Origin: Macrostomum hystrix | Lineage: Eukaryota > Animalia > Platyhelminthes | Direction: 5' to 3' | Length of the DNA: 64,000 bases | Assembly: GCA_950097015.1 (NCBI GenBank) | Contig: CATNEN010000038.1 | Coordinates: 27,466,001-27,530,000 of the forward strand | In this document: positions 11,326 through 22,388 of the stretch, piece by piece | Layout: each line of letters opens with the position of its first letter | Position numbering within the stretch: position 1 is the stretch's first letter | The notes under the pieces: model-generated | Told to the model about the DNA's origin: nothing | Database searches by the model: none | The model's input: the letters and a program-made list of their open reading frames with translations, nothing else | Translations under genes and position numbers: made by a program

Positions 11326-12330
11326 ATGGTTTTGAATAACTGGAAAAATCTTCCATATTTCTCTTTGGATCGAGTCAGTCGGAGCGAATTTGAATTTGTT
11401 TCTGTGCTAAGCTCTAAGGACCACCATGAAGACGACGAACTACTGAACCTCGTCAACTTTCTTACGGATCCCCATGCCAACTCGGACGATTATGTTAGCG
11501 GAGTTGAATTACCGAATGCATCAGAAGCTGTCGCTCCCGATATGGACCAGGTTGAGATTGATTCTTTGCCACTGTCAACCCGTGATCAAATGATTCAGCA
11601 AGGAGAACAGTTCATAGACTATGCGCAAGCATACGATTGAATAAGTGCAAGGCATAGCAGAGGAGAAGCTGGGAGAATATCTCCGTTTTTACTACTTTGG
11701 GTTGAAGAAGGCTGATCGGAGTCCGTATGCACCTGCCACGCTTGTAGCAGGTCCAGGTCCACATCCAGGTCCACCTAAACGAGTCCTGGAATCACATCTC
11801 TCTTGTGCTCATACCAAACATTAAAACTTCGTCTATGGCCAATCTTTTAAGATTACTATGAGCGGTACGCAATAATCTTGGCGCGATGATTAGGCCATAG
11901 AATAATGGCGTAAATGGGATAATCAGAGAATCTTCCATTTTCCAGTCAGTCAGTCGCCAAACATTACTGCCAGAGGAAGCCAGAAAGTTCCGGAGGAATA
12001 TGACTGCTGAATTTATTACTTTATTTACATCGGAAAATTGGACAAAGGTAACAAACAATGAGCTTAGGAGAATAGGAGAATAGCTTCTACTGGCTGTAGC
12101 TGCTACTGGCACAAAGAAAACGGCAGGAAAAACTTTCAGGCACAGCTTGCAACTGCAAGTAATCAAAACCCTGATTAGCAGGAAGCCACAACGTTCTGGA
12201 GGACGTTTCACTTTCCGAGTCACATCTGCCACTCAAACTAGACTCTTCTAAAAAAAGTCTCGCAAAGATTCTGACGAAATACGGAAAAGGAAGTCACAGC
12301 TTTGTCTGCATTAGCTTTTCACTCACAATG
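11326..12330 (+). pseudogene. Decayed Crypton/DUF3504-like tyrosine recombinase
   Basis: 11658-11752 reads EEKLGEYLRFYYFGLKKADRSPYAPATL, resembling the CryptonA/ZMYM/QRICH1 core-binding motif. About 12200-12250 reads GRFTFRVTSAT..RLF, resembling HSLRaTsATrL. Stops and frameshifts lie between. Confidence 0.55.
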
Positions 12331-12581
12331 TAGCAGAAAGGTTTTGACAGGACAATGATAGACAAAGAACATATAATTCTCTAAAGACTGCTCCAGTGCC
12401 ATTGTGACACAATTGCAGCCCTGATCAGTTTCCAAAGTATACAGTTGCAAGCAAGAAATAGCAAACCAAATGTACCTCTAACACAAGTCCCCTAGATTTA
12501 CAAAAATAACGTAACTGCCATACGTGACAACTCGAAAATGGTGCAGTCTGATATGACTGGTCATTGTCGCAAAACAGGTCG

Positions 12582-13566
12582 CCCCGCTGGGACCTAACTC
12601 CGACATTCAACTTTAAACGGCCCGACACAAAGAAAGGGAAAATCGGGCCGATTTTCATCTTGTTGGGGCGTCGGTGCCGTCGGGTCGATTTTGGGCAGAC
12701 GAAAGTCGCAAGCAAAAGATGAAAAACGGATCGACATTCATCTTCGTACCTTTTACATCGGTTTTTGTCGGACCAAAAGTGAAAAATCGACCCGAGAAAA
12801 TCGACGACTTATCGATTTTTCAAAAAAACGTAACGACAACTCCGACTTTCACCCAAAATAACTCCGACTTTCACCTGTGCAGAAATATGACGATGTACGT
12901 CGTATATCCGTCCGATTTTCTTCGATATTCATCTGTACATGTACATGCTTATCAAATAGAGACTCTAGTTGGCGTTTTAATTAGGAGGGAATCTGAAGAG
13001 TTAGTACGAAACTCGTGTGGAAATAGAAAACATAGAAAATTGCCTAATACGATCTGCGTACGCAACGGCAAAAAAGTTAAGAGTACCCTGTAGACAAGAT
13101 CATGTCGCGATCAGGACACCTTTCAGATTTTTTTGCACTGCTCACAGTTATTTTGTTAGTGTAATTATAATGGCACTTGTTTACAATAAATACTAAGAAC
13201 CATCGGAAAATATAATCTGCATTCCTGTTGATTAAATGCGCAGCAACTGGTAGCCAAAGCAAGGTAAAAACTGTTTAAGCATTAAACGAGGAATGAAATT
13301 CGGGTGAGAGTCGTGGAAGAATCGATCGAAAACTTTCCCGACAGCCGATTTTGATCCGACACAGAGCAGATGAAATTCGGGTGAGAGTCGTGGAAAAATC
13401 GGTCCAAAACTTTCCCGACAGTCAGCCGATTTTGAACCGACACAGTGCAGATGAAATTCGGCTCTAAAACGGTTCAAAATCGGGTCGAAATTATATTTCG
13501 TGTGAATTTCGGTCCGAAATCGAACCAACAGTCTGCAAAATGTCGGAGTTGAGTCCCAGCGTGGGG
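12582..13566. mobile_element. Non-autonomous TIR element, CMC/EnSpm-like
   Basis: Termini CCCCGCTGGGACCTAACTCCGACATT and AATGTCGGAGTTGAGTCCCAGCGTGGGG; many subterminal CCGA(T/C)TTTCA(T/C)C and ATGAAATTCGG repeats; no ORF. Superfamily assignment is inferred. Confidence 0.7.
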
Positions 13567-13710
13567 TCAGTTTCGGTGGCTACGAAGCCAAGGAGGCTAT
13601 TTGACCACCTCGTCTCGTCTTGATGAAGCTTAACTAGAATTTCATCAGCTTCACCAAGCTAGAAAGCTAGCAGTAAGCCGCTCTCGAGGTCGGCAGGTGC
13701 TACCAGTACG

Positions 13711-13891
13711 GCAGGTGGCCAACCATCACGAGTGCATGTTGATTGCAATGAGCTCAGGAATCAGCAAACACGTGCTGTACAACAGCGGCCTTGGAAAATG
13801 CCGTCAGCTGCAGTTCACCGACGCTCAGGTTGAGGAGGCCATCGAGACTAGCGCTGACTGGGTGAAGCTTGGCGCAGTTTTGCGCAGTTAA
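13711..13891 (+). pseudogene. 3' fragment of a fourth C-type lectin/PAN gene
   Basis: QVANHHECMLIAMSSGISKHVLYNSGLGKCRQLQFTDAQVEEAIETSADWVK is nearly identical to copies 1-3; the lectin domain is absent. Confidence 0.85.
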
Positions 13892-14406
13892 AGATGAGAA
13901 TTGTGGAGAACTACTCGTATACTGATAGTTCAATATTAGAGAACAAAGAACGACCAAAGCAAATGAAAATTCTTAATAATTGTAATTAATGACACTGGCT
14001 GAATCAAAGAAGACGATAATTCTTACCATTATCGCAGCGCCCAACAGTTTAGGGACAGTATATTTAATTTGTTATGGCAACAAGTGACTCCATCGCAGCC
14101 CTAGTTACTGAAGGACAGTTTTTTTCAATATCTAAATAAATCGAAACAACATTTTTGCATGATTGTATATCGAAGTATGCGCCATACTTGAATTATATTA
14201 CACATTTAAGCTGTACTATTATTTGTGGGATATATGAAGAGTTTTGTGCTGTAATCTTTGAGATCAATATGACTATTAGCATCGGCTGATGTTATAAAAA
14301 AGCTGTGACATTAAACTAACACGCAAACATGTCATATTAAAATGCGAACCATACGGTACTCAGAAATTGCACACAAACCAAATATTGTGTGCGGAGTGGT
14401 GTGGTT

Positions 14407-15971
14407 TCAAATCAGACAATAAGGTGTTATTCCAGTGTCGCAGTGCAGATGCACGCACAGCACTGTGGCTGGCTCAGTGCCATCAACTGACAGAGTGTAT
14501 CTGCGACTAACCCTGTACCGTAGGCTGTCAACGCCGCCTGTTCTGTCGCGCCGAAATGTTAATTCTCGCTGATTGGCAACAATGCGATTATCGCGCGCGT
14601 ATCGACGAGAGTCGTGCAAATGAGCGAAACTTGCCGTGCCAGTGGACAAATTGCGCAATCGACCGATGGACAGACCGGACTCGATTAGGCGAAGGCGAAA
14701 CTCATCATCCTCGCGTCCCCAGCCCCAGAAGATGTTGGAGAAGCCGCCAGCTTTGGCGAAGGCCTCTCTAGTTAGTAATAGAATGCCGCCCATGTACTCC
14801 TTGTAGTGGTACTGCGCGGCCAATCAGAGATTAGATAGATTAGATAGATAAACTAATGGGGGTCGGTGGCAGAGCGGTTATCGCGTTTGCCTCTCGCACC
14901 GAGGTGCCTAAGTTCGATTCCACGGCGAGGCCACATTCATTTGGGGCGCAGCCGCGAAGAGAAGGCTTGGGGGCTTGTCGTGCAATTTACGCCCTTGAAG
15001 GCCAACCTCCAAGGCACAGTGAGAGTGTACACTGCCTGACGATGAAAAAGTCAGGGCAGATGTACACACATGTGTGAGCGTCTGCCTGCGTACAGTATCT
15101 ATGTGCGTGTGTGCTCAGGAGTCAGCGAAATGGGCAGAATTGCCTCCTCGCTGGCTGCGGGTCTAGTGTCACCAAATGATGTGCCATTGCCCGCAACCCT
15201 CCTGCAATTATTATTATTAGATTAATCTATAGATTGCACAAATTTACGATTCCACCAGAGAGACAGTAAGCAGGCTAAAGATAAAGACAAGTTAAACAGG
15301 GGAAAGAGGACAGGTAGGAGATCGGACAAAATGGTAGTAGATTAGGGTAGATAGGTAGGTGATTGGGGTAGGCAGGTAGGCTATAGAGGTAGATAGGTAG
15401 TAGATTAGGGGAGACAGGTAGGAAAGATAAGCGTGTTACAAGTCGCTTATCTCTGCTTGTTATTAAGATAAGCAGACTTGTCTTATTAAAGTAAGACAAG
15501 CAACAGAGAAACAACTCAAGCAGACGGAAGTCTCACCTGCGGATGCAGGTAAGGTGGGGTGACATGCAGGACATCATAGCCGCCACGTTCAGGCGGAAAC
15601 GGATAGTCGATAGCGGAGTGATTTGGCAACAAGTCGACGTCGTGCAGTGCGAAATAATCGCAGTCTGAGCAGCCGTGCTCAAGGAAGCCAACATTAAGCA
15701 GGGCGCCGCGGTTGAACCTAAAATTGTCGCACTGATCTACTACGATCACGTGATGCGGTCTGTGCCGGTCGTTAAGAAACTTGCTGATGTAAGGCAGAAA
15801 TGTGGTGAGCTCAGTGAAGCGATCTCTGAATGGCACAATGACCAATAGACGGTGCAGCTGAGTCCCTAAGGACTTTTTTTCACTTCCCCAGCGTATACAG
15901 AAGTAGGCTAAAAGCAGAAGACCCAACAAGAGCAGAAGATAGCCATTGCGACGGCTTAATTTACAGCGCAT
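14407..15971 (-). CDS. B4GALT7: Beta-1,4-galactosyltransferase 7 (xylosylprotein GalT-I); exons 15971-15537 and 14811-14407
   Basis: Type II TM anchor, VPFRDRF, FNRGALLNVGF, HDVDLLP, HPQ|YHY..YMGGILL, WGWGREDDEF; canonical phase-0 GT-AG intron. Confidence 0.93.
14858..15219 (+). mobile_element. tRNA-derived SINE family 1, full-length copy in the B4GALT7 intron
   Basis: A box TGGCAGAGCGG, B box GTTCGATTCC, body shared with five other loci, (ATT)n tail. Confidence 0.88.
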
Positions 15972-16124
15972 TTTTTGTTCAATTTTAAGGCTCTATGCCC
16001 CGCATTTACGGCACAAACAGCTCCATGTTATGCGGCCTGAAAGTAAAATGCGTTCAGTATTTTTACTTGTTCAATAATTTGCTACGATTCATATTGAAAC
16101 AGCCGTCTCGTCTTATAAAAATTC

Positions 16125-16515
16125 TCACCTGTCCTCACATTTCCTCTCATCCATCTAACATCTCCTCTCATCTATCTAACATCTCCTCTCATCTATCTAA
16201 CATCTCAAAATCTGTCTAACATCGCCTCCCATTTATCTAACATCTCTTCCTTCATCTACCTAACATCTCTTCTCATCTGTCTAACATCTCCTCTCATCTA
16301 TCTAACATCTCCTCACGCCTGTCTAACATCTCCTCTCATCCTTCTAACATGTCCTACTCCTCACACCTGTCTAACATCTCCTCTCATCTGTCTAACATCT
16401 CCTCTCATCTGTCTAACATCTCCTCTCATCTGTCTAACATCTCCTCTCATCTGTCTAACATCTCCTCACACCTGTCTAACATCTCCTCTCATCTATCTAA
16501 CATATCCTCACACCT
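16125..16515. repeat. 21-bp minisatellite (CATCTCCTCTCATCTGTCTAA)n
   Basis: About 18 tandem units. Confidence 0.93.
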
Positions 16516-16989
16516 TTCAAAAAAATAATAATAAAACTGAATCATTGACAAACTAAAGAGCAGTGAAATAAACATTTGCTATAAATATTACTATAATTAG
16601 CAGCAGAAAATCTTTAGTTAGTAGCGGGAATATACAATGCATATGTCGAGCATTGAGTAAAAAAGTCGCGAAGCCAAAGTAGAAAGAAAAGCAAAACTAA
16701 AACAAAAAAGTTGAGACATTCTTAAAAACGCAGGTAACAAAACTTTCGTTTTTTAATAAATAAATCTTCCACGTTTTCTACGCTTTAAATGATAAGTCCA
16801 AAACAACAGAAATATTTCTGCCTAGATAAAAACATTGCATGCATATACAAGTAACTGGGTACTAGAATAGAAAATCTCTGCAAAATAAATAAGTGATTAC
16901 TGCTGTTTATTGACTGCTTACACTGCAAAAAAACACACTAGTCAAGGAAATAAGATTAGGAAGATAAGAAACTAAAGTTCTGATAGACA

Positions 16990-17430
16990 AAAGAGACTGG
17001 TAGATAGGGAATAGACTGGTAGTTAGGGAAGAGCCTGGTAGATAGGGAATAGACTGGTAGATAGGGAATAGACTGGTAGATAGGGAAGAGACTGGTAGAT
17101 AGGGAAGAGACTGGTAGATAGGGAAGAGACTGGTAGATAGGGAAGATACTGGTAGTTAGGGAAGATACTAGTGGATAAGTAAAGAGACTGGTAGATAGGG
17201 AAGATACTAGTGGATAAGTAAAGAGACTGGTAGATAGGGAAGATACTGGTAGATAGGGAAGATACTGGTAGATAGGGAAGATACTAGTGGATAAGTAAAG
17301 AGACTGGTAGATAGGGAAAAGACTGGTAGATAGGGAAGAGACTGGTAGATAGGGAAAAGACTGGTAGATAGGGAATAGACTGGTAGATAGGGAATATACT
17401 AGTAGATAAGTAAAGAGACTGGTAGATAGA
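16990..17430. repeat. 19-bp minisatellite (AGACTGGTAGATAGGGAAG)n
   Basis: About 22 units with interspersed ATACTAGTGGATAAGTAAAG variants. Confidence 0.93.
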
Positions 17431-17566
17431 AAAGTGGTATAAGTGGTATACAAGTGTTGAACAAATATTAAAAAAGAAACTAATTCAGGCGAAAACACTA
17501 CTTATCAGTAGACATAATCGCAATTTTATTAGATAGTTTCAGTTGGAAAGAGTCCGCTAACAGTCG

Positions 17567-20500
17567 CTATTTATTAGCTTCGATATCACTGTCACGTTCG
17601 TCAGGTTCCTGCCCACCCGAGAGCAATTTGTTGCGGGAATCACTAAAGTCGTGTCTGGTTGGAAACACTAGGCCGGAGCCTTGGCTGGAATAGAGTGAAA
17701 TCATTAATTGTCAACGGGTACAAGCTAATTAAGAAAAATACATGTCAGATCCAACTATAACCTGAGAGAACGATATGAACATATTGTTAATATAATTAAT
17801 TACCTGTTGGACAGATGTAATTACATGTTAAGCAGATATAAAAACGTGTTAAACAGGGTTGAATACCTGTTAGACAGGATTGAATACCTGTTAGACAGGA
17901 TTGAATACCTGTAAGACAGAATTAAATAACTGTTAGACAGGATTGAATACCTGTTAGACAGGATCGAATACCTGTTAGACAGAATTGAATACCTGGTAGA
18001 CAGGATTGAGTACCTGTTAGACAGAATTGAATACCTGTTAGACAGGATTGAATACCTGTTAGACAGGATCGAATACCTGTTAGACAGGATCGAATACCTG
18101 TTAGACAGAATTGAATACCTGGTAGACAGGATTGAATACCTGTAAGACAGGATTGAACACCTGTTAGACAGGATTGAACACCTGTTAAGCAGGTGCTAGA
18201 TGACACAAAAATCCTCACCTAGAAAATATAGGCAGCAGCCAGAGCAGCCTGTCATTGCCAAACACCTGGATAAAGTTATTCTTTAATCCGGCATGGTAGG
18301 CTCGCTTATCCGGTCCGAATTCGAACATTGGGGCTCGGAAACTCTCCAGCGTGGTGAGATTGAGCAGGGTCAAGTACAGGTGATAACCGCCGAGGCCAAC
18401 AAGGGCGATGCAAAACATCCAAGCGGCAAAGAATACAAATAGCAGGTGAAATCTGATTGCGTGGACATTGTTAATTCCGTCCTGGAAAATTTAAATGATT
18501 TGAATATAAATTTTAAAATATTCAAATGAGTTTTAGGGGCTTAATAAAACTTACAGTCCAAAATCTGACAAAGTACTTGGCCGTTGTGCTACCAACATAG
18601 AAGCAATAGAGAGAGCCGTAAAGCAGAAATTGCACAAAGAACTTGTAGTTGTGAAATCCGACGCAATTGTTCACCCAGGGGCAATGATGATCCATCTTGA
18701 GTAAGCAGCTAGAATTAACATGTTAATGACAATTATTATCGGATACTACCCTCAGTAGGACTATTTGCTTTTTACATATTCTAAAGTTTAACCAAATACA
18801 TTTTGTGTAAAAAAACGCTGCATTATTTAGGACTAACTGGAAGCAGAAGCAGAAGACACACAAGGACAGAAGCAGAAGACACACAGGGACAGAAGCAGCA
18901 GACACACAGGGACAGAAGCAGAAGACACACAGGGACAGAAGCAGCAGACACACAGGGACAGAAGCAGAAGACACACAGGGACAGAAGCAGCAGACACAGG
19001 GACAGAAGCAGAAGACACACAGGGACAGAAGCAGCAGACACACAGGGACAGAAGCAGAAAACACAGGGACAGAAGCAGCAGACACATAGGGACAGAAGCA
19101 GCAGACACATAGGGACAGAAGCAGCAGACAAGCAAGTACCGAAGCAACAGGCAGCAGACACAATGGGACAAAAGCAGCAGACAGCAAGAGACTCACCAGC
19201 CACATGTTGAGCAGTGATGAGCACGATCGGGTTTAATCATGTGGCAGTCCTCGCATACCCGAATGCCATTAGCATTGGCCCTGGTGTATACTGGCAAGTC
19301 CCGCTGTCTAATAATGCCGTGAAGGTATTCACTGCGGCGCTGTCTATTGTTACCAAATTCCTCCAATGTGATCCACTCAGATGGGGATAACTCGAACTAT
19401 TGTGCATGATGGGTAAGGGGATTTAGATGCAATATTAAACACAACCATGAAATTCAGACACTGAATTCAATGCGACCAATTTTACTCACCTGTCTAGGAG
19501 GTTTTATAGGCCAAGTCATTGAGGCTTGGGCATAGCTCCACAGAAATATGCCGAGGAATATGTGATAGAACATGATCAGCAAAACTAAAAGTATTAATAT
19601 AATTATTTGATTAATTTTGTCAGTTGAACTTACAATTGAGTTAGTAAGCTTTAACAAGTAATCAATAAACACAACTTACCTTTCTCCCCAGTGTTTGAAG
19701 TTGGTATTGTCTCTAAATTGGTAGAAAATGTATTAACATGATATTAAATTGGTAAATTTAATATATTGATTACAAATTAAAGTAGCTCAGATGAAAATTG
19801 TACATTAAGTAAGTTTTTCATACCCAACTATGCCATCACAGATTTTTCATATCTGTGTGTCTTGGTATGTGGCTGCATATGTATTAGATATGAAACAATC
19901 ATTTTGGATTAAGTATGATGTATCATTTTGAAGGCGTTTTTGTATATCATAGGGGCAATAACTATTATTTGAGTTTAAAAAGTCAATTAGCCCCCATAGT
20001 CAGGATCATGGCATGGTGTACACCAGACTCAAATTTCCTAGTTTTTTAATTGTATACCAAAAACTACTCCTTGTACACCAACTACCAAAAATTTCACTCA
20101 AGTGTATGCAGATTCACAAATTTAAAATGATAGAAAGAATTTAAGTAAATTAATTAATTAACAGAAGCCTATTAGAAAAACAACCTTTTAAGTGAAATTT
20201 ATATGAAAATTATAGAGGTTTATTTGGATACTAATGTAGCATAGATTTCATTTTACCTAATTATCAAAATCTCTTAAATGCTAGGTTTTTAAGCAATATT
20301 TTTTTATTTCATTGAAAATTTATGTAAGTTCACTAGCAACTTGGCATACACCAAGTAGATAGCTATCCACTTGTCTACTAAACTGTCTATACACAACAGT
20401 TGATACTGGTTTGTATCCCAAATTGATTTACATGTTCTAAAGTATGCCTGATATTAAATCTAATCTTAAGCCAAATTTAGCATAATTTATTTACATATTA

Positions 20501-20967
20501 GCTAATTGTATGTCTCAGTTCAGTGTCTCACTGCAATGTTGTGTAGTGCTAATTTATTTATGTATCCAGATTGTGAAATAAAGCCTGAATTAAATAATTG
20601 AGTCTGCAGTAGCTAGTCAAAAGGAACTCTGACTTAATATTAAAATTTTACAAGCTAGCTAGTTTATTTATTTTTCTAATAAACAAAGTTAAAACAAAAT
20701 ATATTCTGTTCATTTATATTGACATCATAGATAGCAATTTAACAAACAACATTTGAATCTTATCTAGACTAAATGTATAAAGAAAGCAACTTTATCAGAT
20801 AATATAAATATCTAAAAATGTGAAAAAAATAAATTCAAAATTTAGAATTACTTACGAATGCACAGGACAACAACATAGGCATAGTAAGACCAGCCAATGA
20901 TGCTAAGAATCACAAACAGTGGAATCGCTTTACATACAGTAAAGCATACTCTACAAATCTTATTCAT
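17567..20967 (-). CDS. DHHC palmitoyltransferase, ZDHHC2/15/20 family (7 exons, about 324 aa): 20967-20856, 19712-19680, 19584-19490, 19396-19197, 18708-18555, 18481-18219, 17684-17567
   Basis: [62 protein letters not shown]; all junctions are GT-AG and in frame (975 nt). Confidence 0.93.
17860..18190. repeat. 21-bp intronic minisatellite (GGATTGAATACCTGTTAGACA)n
   Basis: About 15 units in the last ZDHHC intron. Confidence 0.95.
18840..19185. repeat. About 23-bp intronic minisatellite (CACACAGGGACAGAAGCAGCAGA)n
   Basis: About 15 units in ZDHHC intron 4. Confidence 0.93.
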
Positions 20968-22388
20968 CAGAGTACTTTCAACGAAAAGAAAGTTATTGAA
21001 TATTTTTTTAATATAAGTTATAACTTTTCTTTGAGTCGCTGGAGCATATACATGTGTAATGAAAGTAGAGCTCTGGTCTAGCAATCTACGAGTGCAGTTA
21101 GTGATTAAATGCAAGTGCAATATTAAAAGTTGGATCTAAAACTAGCCTTATGAAAAAAATAAGAAGTGAAAGGTATATAAACGGCTTTACAACTATAGCT
21201 TTATTAAGTACTTCAAGAACTGTCCTTAAACATAGCAAGTTTTTGTTGCACACAGCAGCTAAACACAACGTGGACAGAAAGCAGTTTTTGTCCATTCCAG
21301 TGTTATTAAATAAGTTTCTCTGAAAATAAAAAATTTGACTGCTTAGCATAGGTAAACAAAATCTGAATCATTTTTCACTAGTGAATCGCTTCTACACAAT
21401 ATTTTACATTTATTGCATTGCAATGCATATTAAAGTTTTTTTCTAAGATAACATGTGTAACCAAAGTGAAAATTCTATTTTTTACGGCGGCTTTTTCTGA
21501 CAAGACTTGCTGCATGACTTTCTGCTGCATTACTTGGAAGCAATATGCAAGATGCTATTGTAGTATTGACAAAAAAATTACACAAATTTGTATTGTTGAT
21601 GCGTAATAAATAAGCTGATGTATGTCATTCTGTTAGCAGTAGCTTGATCTCGAAGTTATAAATTCTCTTCCATTGATTAAATCGACAAACACGTTAGAAT
21701 CTCTGATTCTTCTTGGCATCAATTTCTCTTAAGAAGCGTAGAAGGGGCTCTGCATGCAAACAAAAAAATTTTATGTTTGCTATACTTTTAGTTTCGTCTG
21801 AAAGCCAATTTTATTGTGTGCATTTAATGTAACTGAAATTCAGGTATTTTTCATAATTTCTTAGGAATGAATTTGCGAACGTCAACTATATTTTAGAGAG
21901 ATGATAAATTATCTTACATCTTACTCATCTAAGAATTTTACCCGAAATGGAAAATGCTTACGGACAAAATAAAAAAGCGGTAGAATGATATAATCTGTTT
22001 CAGATTTTTGTCGCTTGATTAATATATTGATGTAATGGAACGTATATAAATATGATAATGATCTGTGCAGTGCACTGCAGGGTGCAGTCTGAGTTATTAT
22101 CCGATTAATTTAATTTTGTGTTGTTTATTTTGCTACCATTGTCAGTAAAAGTGCTTTTTTATTATTTGCGCGTTTGCGTGTGTTATAGTCTTAGTTATGA
22201 CTTCAACATATTTAACTGTGTATATAGTAATATGTTATTTGCGCATGTATATCATGTTTGTGAATAATGCATTATTTCTTTTTTATTTTTTTAAATCCTT
22301 GCATTTCACACAAACAATTTGTTTTGCATGGTTTGAAGCCAAAAAAAACAAAAATCTTTAGTTTAGACTTTCTCAAATTATCGCGCGA

